DNA of 64,000 nt, from positions 19,559,380 to 19,623,379 of the forward strand of contig NC_057720.1 of the NCBI RefSeq assembly GCF_004010195.1, read 5' to 3'. Shown piece by piece: positions 13,117 to 25,576 of this stretch; positions within the stretch are counted from its first letter, which is position 1, and the number at the start of each line of letters is the position of its first letter. This stretch comes from Chiloscyllium plagiosum. Taxonomy: Eukaryota. The notes beneath the pieces are model-generated. The model made no database searches. It was not told the origin of the DNA and saw nothing but the letters and a program-made list of their open reading frames with translations. A program made the position numbers and the translations under genes.

Positions 13117-13255
13117 CTCATCACTTTCCTTTTGCTCCTTTAATTTTTTAAAAGCTTTTGCCTTAGGGCCCTGTTTTTCAGGATCGAAGTTTATGTACAG
13201 ACCACCTAGTTCTGTCAGATTAAGTCCTGGATCAATTTTGTTTGACAATTTGATT
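13117..13255 (-). CDS. DNTTIP2: DNTTIP2 exon 3
   Basis: ttcag acceptor; IKLSNKIDPGLNLTELGGLYINFD matches the DNTTIP2 IDPGL..LGGLYINF motif; donor GAG|GTAAGA; 139 nt restores phase 0. Confidence 0.95.
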
Positions 13256-15411
13256 CTGAAATATAAAAGAAATTAAACAAGTTCACCAACTTATTCATTA
13301 GAAGCTCAGCTGCAAAAGTTAAATAATTCAAACAGAAAATTTGGGCTGAATAGAATGGACTAGTATTGAAGAATAAGGTAATCTTTCACCTGACGAAAGC
13401 TTGTGATTTCAAATAAACCTGTTGGACAATAACCTGGTGTCATGTGACTTCTGACTTTAGTCCACCCCAGTCTAACACTGGCATCTCCACATCTTTAATA
13501 TATCTAACCTAACCTAACCTACACAGGACTACAGCCACTCGCGGTAACGTATTCCACAGATTCACGAACCTCAGAAGAAATTCCTTCTCTTCTCTGACTT
13601 GGACAGATGACTGCTTAATCTAAGATTACACCCTCTGGTCCTGGACTCTCCCACAAGACAAAACCATAGGATGTAAGAACAGGAGTAGGCCATTTGGCCC
13701 ACTGAGTGTGCTCTGCATAAATGAGGGCAGGGCTGATCTGATAATCCTCAACTCCTTGATAGTCTAGTGATGTTATCTCTAGACTATTAATCCAGAGCCT
13801 CAAACAATGTTCTGGAAACCCAGTTTCAAATCCCACCATGAAGGTTTGAATTCAATAAAGATCTAGAATTAAAAATCTAACTGCAATACTGTTGTTGATT
13901 ATCCAGAAAAACAATTCACCATCTGGTTCACTAAAGTCCTTTAGGAAAGAAGCTTTTACCTTTCCTTTGGCTGGCCTACATGTGATTCCAGAACCACAGT
14001 AATGGTGTTGACACTTAACTGTCCTCTGGACACTTAGAGATGGGAAATAATTGTAAGCCTGACCAGTGCCACTCACATCCTGCGAATTTTTTAAAATCAC
14101 CATAATCCTTGACCACCTTACTGATTAAAAAGCCCTGCCTTTAATATACAACCTCTCAGCATCTAATCTGTCAAGTTTCCTAAGAATCTGATGTTTCAAT
14201 AAGATCGCCTCTCATGATGCATTCAAGACTGTGATGGAATACTCTCTGTGGATTCACAGAGACACTGAAGAAGCTTGACACCATTCAACCTGCTTTGGAA
14301 TTTACTTCCTCCAGCACAAACACATCTGAACCATCTAGAAAGACAAGGGCACCATCACCTGCAGATGCCCCTCCAAGTCACTCACCATCCTGATATGGAA
14401 CAATATTGCTGACCTTCAATATTGTAAAACCAAAATTCCAGAATCCCCTTCCAGCAGCACTGTGGAGGTACTCTGTACCATGTAGACCACAGCGATTCAA
14501 GAAGGCAGCTCATCATCACCAACTCTCAGGTAATTAGGGATGAGCTACAAATGTTGCAGCAGTGCCCAATCCCACTGAAGAATTTTCAAAAATATTAGTG
14601 AATGTAGAAGTATTGCCTCTTCCATACCACTGAGCATTTAGAATGAGTTCACTCATACTTTCTCTGGCTGTGGTGCCTATGTCACCCTTTCCTTGTATAT
14701 TCAATTGTCTTGTCAATGTAACAAAAGCATAAATTGCTGGAAAAACTCAGCAGGTCTGGCAGCATCTATGGATGTTTAACGTTTCAGGTCCAGTTATGAA
14801 GCAGAGTTAACGTTTCAGGTCCAGTTATGAAGGGCCACTAGACTTGAAATGTTAACTCTGCTTTCTCTCCACAGATGCTTGCCAGACCTGTTGAGATTTT
14901 CCAGCAACTTCTGCTTTTGTTTCTGATTTATAGCGTCTGCAATTCTTTAAATTTTTCTCGTCATGTGATGTGTTTCCTTCACGTCTGCCATAAACAGCAC
15001 CTTCCATACCACTATCACCTCAAAAGGACAAAAGCAGCAGATACATTGAGACACTGGCCCCTGCAAATTCCCCTTTAAACCACTCATCACAACCTTGGAA
15101 TTATGTTGCCATTCCATCACTGTTGCTGGGTCAAAATCCTGGAACTCCCTCCCTCCCTAACAATGTGGTAGATGTACTTAAACCAAATTGACCGCAGGGA
15201 TTGAAGACAGAAGCTAATCAATTTCAATTAAGGATGTGCAATAATTGCTGGTCCAGTCACTGAAGCCCACATCCTGAGTGAATAAAATAAAACTAAACTA
15301 TTGACTCTGTTTCTCTCCCCATATGCTATCTGTTCTGCCAAGTATCTCCACCATGGATTGCTTTGAGAAAGTACTTTACAAATGAGTTTGCAAAACTACT
15401 GCTTTACTTAC

Positions 15412-16169
15412 AAATTAGAATTTTTCTTCAAAGTATCACTGTGTTCATCTTCATCAAAAAAGTCATCATCGTCTTCCTCTGACTTCCCGTCTCTGTCACC
15501 AGCGTCGTCCCCACTTTCAACACTCCCCTCCTTTTCGTCCCCACTTTCACCACTCCCCTCCTTTTCTTCATTCAAGTCCAAGTAATATTGTGTATCCTGA
15601 TCTGCTCCTGGTCGTTTGTCAATCATAAACAGGTTGCTACCCGTCGCCAAGGGGCTTCCTGCTGTGTCAGGTACAAAGGCAGAGGGTTCAGATGAAACAT
15701 TAGGTTTGGATGTAACATTTATACTGGATTCTTCCAAAAACGTTCCAGTGCCACCATCCTCCAAAGTGTCTTTGTCTTCATCGCTGCTAAGCTGCAAACT
15801 GATAATGGGCGGAGTTGCACTTCGGGTTTTATTATTTAAATTTTTCTCTGTATCCTCCTGTTCCTCAACATTTGCCTCTTCATCAATCAGGTTAATTTCA
15901 TACACTTCTGTTTTGCTTGGCTTGTCCGCTCCAGTTTCTGCATTATTTTCTCCAATGGTCCTTTCTGAACATTGGTCATTTACTTCCAACTTATCACTAC
16001 ATTCTGTTGGCTGCTCTGGACAAGGCTGCGATGCAGTTTCAATGATCTGTTTCTCTCCAACATTTTCTTGTACTTCAGATTGAGATTCCGTAACTTCGCT
16101 CAGAGGTTCAACTCTACTGCGCCTTGTCTTTCTTTGGCTGGCCGGTGTTCTTGATCTAGATTTTGCCTC
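15412..16169 (-). CDS. DNTTIP2: DNTTIP2 exon 2 (acidic low-complexity region)
   Basis: Acceptor tttag|GAG; open frame including ORF 15408..15989 (LFMIDKRPG..YYLD..acidic tract); donor TT|GTAAGT; 758 nt, ends phase 2. Confidence 0.9.
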
Positions 16170-17868
16170 CTAAATAAAAAAGACAGACATAAATATGTTT
16201 ATTAACTTTTACAGGAAAGCTGACAGTTGATTTATTGTAAACATTCTTCGGTAATAATTTTCATTTGCACTATTTCGGGAACCTTTCTTCATTATACACA
16301 TTTTTGCATCTTGCCGGAGACACCATGTTTGCATGTGATTGAGCTGAATAATGAGACTTGCTCCTAAATCTGAAAGTGTAATTGCTGAAACTGTTATTGT
16401 TGGGTTGTAAGAGCCAGATTATTGATCAGGAAACTGAGAAGCGAAAAACGTCAACTAACAAAATGGTCAAACCTCTCAGAACGGAATGACCAGAAAGCTG
16501 TTTGCAGAACAAGAACATCATGCCATTCACATGAGGGATTCGTGCCTTTATGGCACTAATTCAATTAGCATTTGGGGAGGGCAAACAAGGCAAGGAAAAA
16601 CCTTAAAAATGGTGGGATAATGAGAAGTGTAACTAGAGGGCAACTTGGCTTGCATCCACAGATCCTGAAGGAAGCAGGTCAGTTAGATCAGCAGATTAAG
16701 GAGGCATGTGGGATACTTACACTTATTAGCCACACCACAGAATATAAGAGCAGGTAGGTTATGTTAGAACTGCATAAGACATGAATTAGCATGCAGCGAG
16801 AATACAGTTCTGATCGCATTATAGGAAGGATGTAATCACACACGAATGATACAGTGGAGGTTTACAAGGAATATGCCAGGGTTGGAAAGTTTTTAGCTAT
16901 GAGGGTAGACCAGTTGTTTTCTGTGGAATACAGGAGGTTGAGGGAAAATTTAATTGAGCTGTACAAAATTAGGAGGGGCCTGAATAGAATGAATAGTTTC
17001 TCTTAGCAGAGAAGTCAGCAACCAGAATGTATAAGCTTAAAGTGATCAGTGTCTTCCCTCACTAAAGAGGGAAATTAATTAGTAGAAGTGTAACTCTTCT
17101 TCAATTCATGACCCTTGCTTTGTGCGGCAGTTGGCTTAGTGTTTAGTGGGCAATTACCAGGCAAGGTTATACATCTGTGGGTTGACAGTTGGGTGGCCAT
17201 GTTCTGAAACAATTATTGCAACATTAGGTACAGAGTGTAATAACTTTTCATCTGCCCAACATGGCGTCTGGTCTTCATGGAAATGATACAGTGTGTAATA
17301 GTGAGGGTTTCATTATAAAGGCATGAAAAAATATCGGTAAGTAAAATCAAGAAAAACCTGAGTTTTTTTTAATAAATACATAAACAGCAAGAGTTAACTG
17401 AAGAAAGAGTCCAGCCTATTGCAGACCCAAAGAGTGATGAGATGGAAAACATTGAGAGGATTTTTAAACAATACCTTGCATCTGTTTTCAAAAAGAGAGG
17501 GATAATGAAGACCTAGAAATTCAGAAGTGTGAAATATTGGATGGAGTTACTATAAGACTTGGCCGTTCACCTCACTATTGGGAGCCCCAGGATTTAGACT
17601 GGGGTGAATGGACTCTGGCTTTAGAGCATGGGAGGGTAAGGGAATCTCCCGGTTAGGAGATTTATTCGAGGGAGAGGTCTTGATATCTTTCAACCAATTA
17701 AGTCAGAAATACAGGATTCCTAATAGGGACCTTTTCCAATACTTCTAGGTTAGGGATCATATACAGGCACAAAATATTAAAATGTAAACACTTCGACTCA
17801 TACAAACATCTGGCAACCATTACTGTTTGCTGGATGTAGGTTTGCTCACTGAGCTGGAAGGCACATTT

Positions 17869-17903
17869 TCAGATGTTTCATCACTAGGTAACATCTTCAG
17901 TGA
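17869..17903 (-). ncRNA. Minimal hammerhead motif, PLE family D (near intact)
   Basis: UCA-CUGAAGA-U-GUUAC(CUA)GUGAU-GAAACAUC^UGA; a decayed mirror copy sits at about 18411-18451 (+). Confidence 0.6.
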
Positions 17904-18169
17904 GCCTCAAATAAAGTACTGGCGGTGTAGCCTGCTTTCTATTTATATGTTTGGGTTTCCTTGGGGTGGTGATGTCATTTCCTGTAGTGACATCATTTCC
18001 TGCAGTGATGTCATTTCGTGTTCTTTTTCTCAGGGTGGTAAATGGGATCTAAGGTTAATTGTGTTTGTTGATGGAGTTCCGGTTGGATTGCCAAGCTTTT
18101 AGGAATTCTCGTGCGTGTCTCCTTTTGGCTTGTCCTAGGATAGGTGTGTTGTCCCAAAGTGGTCAGGTA

Positions 18170-18340
18170 GGCAAAAGTGAGGACTGCAGATGCTGGCAAT
18201 CAGAGTCTAGATTAGAGTGGTGCTGGAAAAGCACAACAGGTCAGGCAGCATCTGAGGAGCAGGAAAATCGACATCTCAGGCAAAAGCCCTTCATCAGTGA
18301 GCAAACCTGCTGTGCTTTTCCAGCACCACTCTAATCTAGA
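18170..18340. mobile_element. Family B short palindromic repeat nested inside the family D PLE
   Basis: ggcaaaagtgaggactgcagatgctgg terminus, decayed hammerhead, inverted ttttccagcaccactctaatctaga. Confidence 0.7.
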
Positions 18341-18959
18341 CCCAGTCAAAGTGGTGTCCTTCCTCATCTGTAAGTAAGGATGCTACACCACCAGTGCTTC
18401 ATTTGGAGGCTCACTGAAGATGTTACGTAGTATGGTGACAAAATGTATGAAAATGAACCTTACAGCTCAGTGAGCAAACCTACATCCAGGACCTCAACCT
18501 GAGCTACAAATCTTCTCAAAATTCATTACTGTTTGCTTCCAGCATCTGAGCCAATTTTTTTATCTAACTTACTGCTTTGTCTTAGCTCCCATGGGCTTTC
18601 ACTTTCAGGACTGGTCTGTCATATCAGACCTTATCAAAACCTTCGCCAAAATTCATTTGGATTACATCAAATTCATTAATCACATTGACAATTTTCTTCC
18701 ACTCAGGTGTTGAGATGACCGAGGTGACTAAACAGCTGGTCACTGGTGAGGCAGGTGGTGTAGAATTTGGGGGGTGGGGGGGGAAAGAGAGTGCAATGCT
18801 GGGATTTTCCCACACTTCTCCTCCTGTTTGTGCTTGACTTCTATCTGGGTTTGTCAAAGATAGTCGAAACAGTTGGCCCCTTCATTGATGTATCTTCTGT
18901 AACACAGGCAGTTTTGGGGTGAATGAATGATACTCATAAGTTGGTGAGATAATTGCTGT

Positions 18960-19800
18960 TTTTTTTAAAAAGAGTCTTTGAGTCCTTTTTCTTGCCTTCT
19001 TTGTACCTTGTTGCTGTACTGATATTCAGAACAGAGAGCCTGTTTTTGGGAGTATTATGTTAGATTATATTGCCAGACTAACTTAGCAACCAGTGTGTTT
19101 ACTGAGGTTGCTGGCCTGAGAAACATCACTGATATTGCAGTGTCTTTCCTGCCAGTGGGTTTGCAGCATTCTGCAGAGGTATTGCTGGTAATATTTCTCA
19201 AGGGATTTGAGGTGTTTGCTGTACATTGCCTGTCGCTGATGGAGGGCTGGTAACTCTACTGCCTTGAAGATCATGAGCTTGGTATCAGTTTTCAGCCTTT
19301 GTTACCAAACACACTGTTAGTCAGATTGTCTCCTGTGTGCAACTTCTGACCATGTGGAATTTAATTGATTTCTATTCTCACTGAGAGGAATGGGAATTAA
19401 CACACATTGTCTAGTGGCTTGGTGTGGATCTTGTTAGCTGTGGTACATGGTGGATCTTTATTTTCTGCATATTTAATCTAAGGATATTTTATCTAAGGCT
19501 CATTCTCTCATATGTCTCAGTGAGTGACTGGTTGATGGTTTGGAGCTTGACCTGGGTGCGTGCTCCTACAAGTGCAGCCTGCATACCACAGCTTGACAAT
19601 GGCATGCTTTTGGTTCTGGACTTGATGTGATGCAGGTTGAACAGTTTTCTGTTTGCTTTGTAGCTTAGCAGCACACCTGTGGGTAGCTTCATGAATATGG
19701 GACAGAAGAGAATCTTGTCTGATCCTAATTACTGGACGAGGCAATGAGCAGAACAGTGTCCAAATTGAATTCCATTTGCCAATGTGTGGCATGATAATGA
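18960..19800 (-). mobile_element. RTE-clade LINE relic (other pieces about 45135-45200 and 45560-45850)
   Basis: LPTGVLLSYKANRKLFNL and LEKYYQQYLCRMLQTHWQ motifs typical of RTE/BovB-like ORF2. Confidence 0.7.
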
Positions 19801-20564
19801 ATGCTGTTGGTAAATGTTAACATAATAAGAGAATACACAGTGAATGACTGACTGGGTACTAAGGAGGATCGAGAAACAGAGCAATCTTGGAGTACACATT
19901 CACAAATTCCAGAAAGTGGTAAGGAAAGAATATGTAATACTCTCCTTTATTAGCAAAAGCACAGAAGAGGAACTGGGAGGTTACACTAGAATTGTACAAA
20001 CCATTGACTAGACCACCAGTAGAGCATTGCACGCACTTCTAATCACTGCATTTGAGGAAACATATGAATGTACTACAGCAGTAAAGAATTCAAAAGGATA
20101 TTGCCTGAACTACAGTTTTATTTACAAGAAAAACTTCATAAATTCAGGTTTATTCCTTGGAAACAGAGGTGATTGAACAGAATGTGATGTAGGTGTGTTA
20201 TACTGGAGGAGCTGGCAAATTATAAATGTAGTTTATGAAAGAAGTGGAGGTGTGCACCAGCATGAATGTTTTACGATAGATAGGAAAGTGTTGTGAAGGA
20301 ACAAGGAGATTGCAGATAGATAGATATAGTAGGTTAGGTGAGTGGACAAAAAATTGGGAGATGGAGTTTAATTTTGAAAAAATATAAAGTTGTTCACTTT
20401 GGCAAGAAGAATAATAAAGCAAAGTATTAGTTCAATAAAAATCAACTGCAAAATTCCAAGGTGCTGAGGGTTACAGATGTTCTAATGCCCGAGGCACAAA
20501 ATATTAAAATGTAGATCGAGCAAAATATACATGATTCTGAACAGGCCTGACCAAGGTGGATGTG

Positions 20565-20960
20565 AAGGTAGCAGCCAAGGAGCAGGAAAATTGACGTTCC
20601 GGGCAAAAGCCCTTCATCAGGAATACAGGCAGAGTGCCTAAAGGGCAGAGAGATAAATGAGAGGAGGGTAGGGGCAGTGAGAAAGTAGCATAGAATACAA
20701 TAGGTGAATGGGGTTGGGGATGAAGGTGATTGGTCAGGGAGGAGGGTGGGGGAAGGTAGCAAAGAGTACAATGGGTGGATGGGATGAAGGTGATAGGTCA
20801 GAGAGGAGGGTGGAGTGGATAGGTGGAAAGGAAGATAGGCAGGTAGAACAAGTCATGGGGACAGTGCTGAGCTGGAAGTTTGGAACCGGGGTGAGGTGGG
20901 GGAAAGGAAAATGAGGAAACTGGTGAAGTCCACATTGACGCCCTGGGGTTGAAGTGTTTA
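20565..20960 (-). mobile_element. Family B PLE 3' fragment
   Basis: Purine-rich + strand, homologous to 23897-24241 in reverse; hammerhead with GAAA>GGAA at 20590-20621. Confidence 0.75.
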
Positions 20961-21579
20961 AACATTAGGGGATGTCCTTTCAGGACAGAGACAAGGAGAT
21001 TTTTTTTCTCTCTTGCTCACTGGATTGTATGACTTTGGAACACTCAAGAGGCAGGGTCATTGAACATTTTAAGGCCAAGGTAGATGGATTCTTGTTAGAG
21101 AAGGGAATCAAAGGTTATGGGTGGGTAGACCGAAATGTGGTAATCAAAACACAAATCAACCATTATTTAATTGAATGGCCATCTCCTGCTCCTAATTCAT
21201 ATTTCATGCTGATTGGGACACAATGGAACAAATGGCCTCCATTCCATGCTATACATTCCTATGATTCTAGAGTTTCTCTCATCTGTACTAGTCCTATACA
21301 GCATGTTTTGTTTCCATTTGCATTAAACATTTTAGCTACCACTTTGGTTCCAAGCCTGTTACTTCTATGATTTTTCTATCCCATCAGGCTTTCCTTTCCT
21401 CCAAATTCAATCCTTAGTCCAACGTCCATGAATGTTATGCTTCTACCAACCTTTAACTCTAAATCCACAGTATGCTCGATGCTTCTCAAGGAAATTTTAG
21501 CATCCTCTTCTTTCCACCAGGGTGGTAGAGATGGAAGGGAAGGTGGAGGGAGAGGGAGAGACAGATACTTGGCAACTCT

Positions 21580-22255
21580 GACGCAACGCTGGACCAGTGG
21601 GTCAATTAGCATCCCAAAGTGGAGTTGCAGGTAGTTGGGATGGTAAAGAAGGCATTGATACGTTTGTCTTCACTGGTCAGTGCATTGAGTATTTGAGTTG
21701 GAATGTCATGTTGCCACTATACAGGACATTGGTGAGATCTCTTTTAGAATACTGTGTTCATTTCTGATCTCCCTGCTATAGGAAAGATGTTGTGAAACTT
21801 GAAACCAGAAAAGATTTACAAGGATGGAGGGTTTGAGTTATAGGGAGAGACTGAATAGACTGGGGCTATTTCTCCTGGAGTGTTGGGGGCTGAGGAGATG
21901 ACCTTATAGAGGTTTATAAAATCATGAGGCATGGATAGAGTGAACACCCAAGATCTTTTACCCAGGGTATGGGAGTACAAAAGTAGAGGGCAGAGGTTTA
22001 AGGTGACAGGGGAAATAGTTTAATAAGATTGGAGGGGTAGCTTTTTCTCACACAGGGTGGTACATGTTGGAATAAGCTGCCAGAGGAAGTGTGGAGGCAT
22101 AATTTACAACATTTAAGAGGCAGCTGGATGGGAGGATTTAGAGGGATATGGGCCAAATGCTAGCAAATGGGACTAGGTCAGTTTAGGAGATCTGGTTGGT
22201 GTGCATAAGTTAGACTGAAGGATCTGTTTCCGTGCTTTGTATCTGTCTGACTCGA
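21580..22255 (+). mobile_element. CR1 LINE 3' end
   Basis: LYRTLVRSLLEYCVHF-like segment; CR1 3' tail. Confidence 0.85.
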
Positions 22256-22994
22256 TATCCCTTTAAAAAAATACTGTTCACTTGCAAACACCCCCATATT
22301 GTCATCCACAGTGGCCAAAGAGTGGACGATTACACTTGTAAGCTGTTGCTGGCTTGGACTGAACAAGACTCAGATGGCAACAGCTCAGTTTGGATCAAAT
22401 CCTTCTTGGATAACTACATCTTCCACCAACTGTCTTGGCTCTCCTTGCCACTGGCTCACACGTCTCTTTCTCTGTCCTAATCCTCTTGTCCTGAGGGTTT
22501 TCCAACCCTCTCACCCCTTTCCTTTAAAATTCTCGAATAAAGTCCTCCACCGTTTTTGACCTTTCAGCATCTGCATTGCGTGTTTCCAGGAGACAGTGAG
22601 GACTGCAGATGCTGGAGATCAGAGTCGTGTGTGTGTGTGTGTTGCTGGCAGCATCCGAGGAGCCTGACCTACTGTGCTTTTCCAGCAACACACTCTCAAC
22701 ATTGTGTTTCCATACCCCTGAACTCTCTCATCATTTGCTCTAACTTCCTGATGCTGCGTCCTTCCAGCCTCCTGCTCGTCTACCTTGGATTCCAGCATCT
22801 GCTGTTATTTGTGTGTGTGTGTGTGTCTCAGGCTGTGGATGAGGGACAGAGGGCCCCTCGCCTCAGTCTCTGACCAGACCTTCTCCCCCCCCACGTGCCC
22901 CAAGGATGAGACGCTTTAACCCCATTCCCGGCTCCACCGTCCCTGTCCTCTCAGCCACCCCCACCCCGAGCTCTCCCCCTCGGGAGAAGGTTAC

Positions 22995-23036
22995 CTTCCC
23001 GGTCACGGTGCGCCGTCCACTCCTGGTCTGCACCAT
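22995..23036 (-). CDS. DNTTIP2: DNTTIP2 coding exon 1 (MVQTRSGRRTVTGK)
   Basis: ATG at 23036 in a CpG-rich island; MVxTRS N-terminus resembles vertebrate DNTTIP2; donor AAG|GTAACC; 42 nt, phase 0 matches exon 2. Confidence 0.85.
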
Positions 23037-23220
23037 GCCGCCGTCCCTGCGCGCACCACTTCCGCCCGGTGCTCCACTGAGACCTTCCCCCGGGCACTTC
23101 CGCCCGGTGTTGCCTCGAACCGGCCACCACCGCCTTCGCATCGCACTGAGACCAAACAGACAGTCCGCACTTCCTCAGCAGACCAGCCCAGCCCAGAGAG
23201 GATGAGCAGCGTTCACAGAT
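23037..23220 (-). promoter_or_regulatory. DNTTIP2 CpG-island promoter/5'UTR with ETS (GABP-type) motifs
   Basis: CpG-rich; CACTTCCG at 23057 and 23095 (each followed by CCCGGTG), CACTTCCT at 23168. Confidence 0.65.
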
Positions 23221-23569
23221 GTAAATTATATATAATTCCTGACTTTGGTTGCTAAGAGTTACATGCTCAGCAATGTTTCAGACCTCTCCATTCAATAGTA
23301 CATCATTCTCCAGGCCCCACTGCCGCTCTCTGTATGAATATTGGCTTCAGCCTCTGCAAAAAGGTGGTACAGACCTAGACTGGCACTTCTCTCCTGCAGA
23401 CGTATTGATTTGACGCAGTCTCCATCCTTTCTTGGATCAAATTTGTAACAATTTGGTTTTTACCCTTCGATTTTTATTGGTGTAAAATTTATCAGTGCAA
23501 CACAGTAATAATCTAGGTGATGGGGTCAATTTCAGGTCTGCTGCTTAAACCCATCTTGTTACAATGGCC

Positions 23570-24815
23570 TAGGCATTCATCAGGTGGGGTTATGGAAGGA
23601 AATGGCAGAGGAGTGAAACAAATATATTGCTTCACTTTTTTTAAAAACAGTGTAAGATACTACAAACATTCCATTAATATTAAAGATGATGGGGAGGAAT
23701 TAAGTACCATCACCAAAGAAGTGGTATGAGAAAAAACTAATGAGGCTAAAGGCAGAACCGTCCCTTGGCTCAGATGGCTTGCATCTGAAGACTTTAAAAA
23801 AAAGGCAGCTGCTGAGATGACGGATGAATTGGTTGTAATTTTCCAAAAATCCTTTGATTCCGCAGAAGTTCCAGAGGACTACAAAACTACTAATACTTCA
23901 CTAGTTTCCTCATTTCCCCTCCCCCATCTTACTCCAGTTCCAACCTTCCAGCTCAGCACTGCCAATCTCCCTTCCCATGTATCCACTCCAACCTCCTCTC
24001 TGACCTATCACCTTCACCCCATCCCCATTCCCCTCTTGTACTCTTTGCTACCTTCTCCCCAGCACCACCCCCCACATATTTCTCTCCACCCTGGACGCTC
24101 CTTGCCTCTATTCCTGATGAAGGGCTTTTGCCCAAAACATAAGATTTTCCTGCTCCTCTGATGCCACCTGACCTGCTGTGCTTTTCCAGCACCACTCTAA
24201 TCTATACTCTGGTTTCCAGCATCTGCAGTCCTCACTTTGCCCTACTAATACGACACCCCTATTCAAAAAAGGAGACAAAAACAAGTCTTTGGCTGAACTA
24301 TAGTTAGGCTTAACTGTAAGCCAGAGTGGAGAGAGAGGAACAAGTAGATGAATTGTATTTGGACTTCGAGCTGTTCAACAAGACCTCTCTCAAAATGTTA
24401 TGAGCCCACAATGTTTGAGCTGGTATATTTGCATCACAGATAACTGGCTCATGGACAGGAAACAGCAAGTAGGTAATAAGGGGTTCTTTTACAGGTTGGC
24501 AACCTGTAACCAGTGGGATTCCACAGGGATCAGTGCAGGGGCCACAACTACTTACTACATATATATTGATGACTTGGAAGAAGTGAACCTACTGTAGCCA
24601 AATTTATAGATTACACTGAAAGAGGTGGAAAGGCAGATTGCGAAAGAGATACAAACAATTAAGAGAGAGACATTGATAGATTAAATAATTTGGCAAATGG
24701 AATATAGTGTGGGGAAAATGTGAAGAGGTTCATTTTGAAAGGGAGAACAGAATATTATTTAAATGGAGAAAAATTACAAAAGGTTGCAGGATAGTGGGAC
24801 TTGGGCTACTTGTGT
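23570..24815 (+). mobile_element. Decayed CR1 ORF2 fragment (host of two PLE insertions)
   Basis: IFQKSFDSAEVPEDYK, NWLMDRKQQV, IYIDDL, GKCEEVHF. Confidence 0.8.
23897..24241 (+). mobile_element. Family B PLE 3' end inserted in CR1, 10-bp TSD
   Basis: CTACTAATAC at 23887-23896 and 24242-24251 interrupts CR1 EDYKTTNTTPLFKKG; pyrimidine-rich 3' region plus decayed hammerhead. Confidence 0.8.
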
Positions 24816-24819
24816 ATAC

Positions 24820-25576
24820 ACCTTGGGTTCATGTCACACTACAGGTGACCCCCACTACACAATACACTCTCACAAAGGACACATACGCACACTCTCTCAG
24901 ACACACACACTTTCTTCTTCACAAGCTTATACTCCATCACACTCTACCAAACACACATATGCAAACAAACTCACTCACTTTCCCCATCACATGCAGACAG
25001 ACACACACACACAGTTTAGGGGTTGAATTTGCATTTGCAGATACATTCTATTTTGTTCAAAAAGCACACAATCTGCAGGCAGGCAGATATTTTATAAATT
25101 CCTACTTTGGAAGTAGAACTAGTCTGACCCAAGATTGGGATACAGATAGACTCTAACCTCACACCTTTAATGCATTACCTGAGCTGTGATGTCACTTATT
25201 TTATAAACCTTAAATTATCTCGAATGCGACTTGAAAGAAGTTCTGGGATTTACAAAGTCTGCAATCCACCCTAAAAGATGAAGACTTAACAGCAATCTGG
25301 GTTTGTTCAATACATTGTATCGGTTGCATGACACTGATTTTGCTATAAATTCTGTCTTATGATCAAATTTGTAACAATTTGCTTTTTACCCTTCGATTTT
25401 TATTGGTGTAAAATTTATCAGTGCAACACAGTAATAATCTAGGTGATGGGGTCAATTTCAGGTCTGCTGATTAAACCCTACTCCACAGCCACCTGATGAA
25501 GAAGCAGCACTCCAAAAGCTAGTACTTCCAAATAAACCTGAGAGACTATAATCTGGTGTTGTCTGATTTTTAACTA
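24820..25576 (+). mobile_element. Family A PLE-type repeat inserted in a CR1 relic
   Basis: (CA)-rich segment, then gctataaattctgt..cacctgatgaag..aagctagt..aaacctg terminus; CR1 sequence resumes after about 25580. Confidence 0.6.

Larger units (their letters stand above)
17832..18523. mobile_element. Penelope-like element 3' fragment (family D) with inverted terminal repeat and 14-bp TSD
   Basis: Minus-strand AREFLKAWQSNRNSINKH (PLE GIY-YIG C-terminus); inverted arms about 17830-17931 and 18382-18489; CATTACTGTTTGCT at 17818-17831 and 18524-18537. Confidence 0.75.
23435..25478 (+). repeat. 118-bp dispersed direct repeat (23435-23552 and 25361-25478)
   Basis: 116/118 identity by eye. Confidence 0.95.

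Noticed and set aside
15616-16083. 155-aa plus-strand ORF
   Set aside because: Antisense shadow of DNTTIP2 exon 2.
17765-20513. 22-bp exact match AGGCACAAAATATTAAAATGTA at 17765 and 20492
   Set aside because: Short, AT-rich and among decayed LINE remnants; a templated insertion cannot be told from repeat homology.
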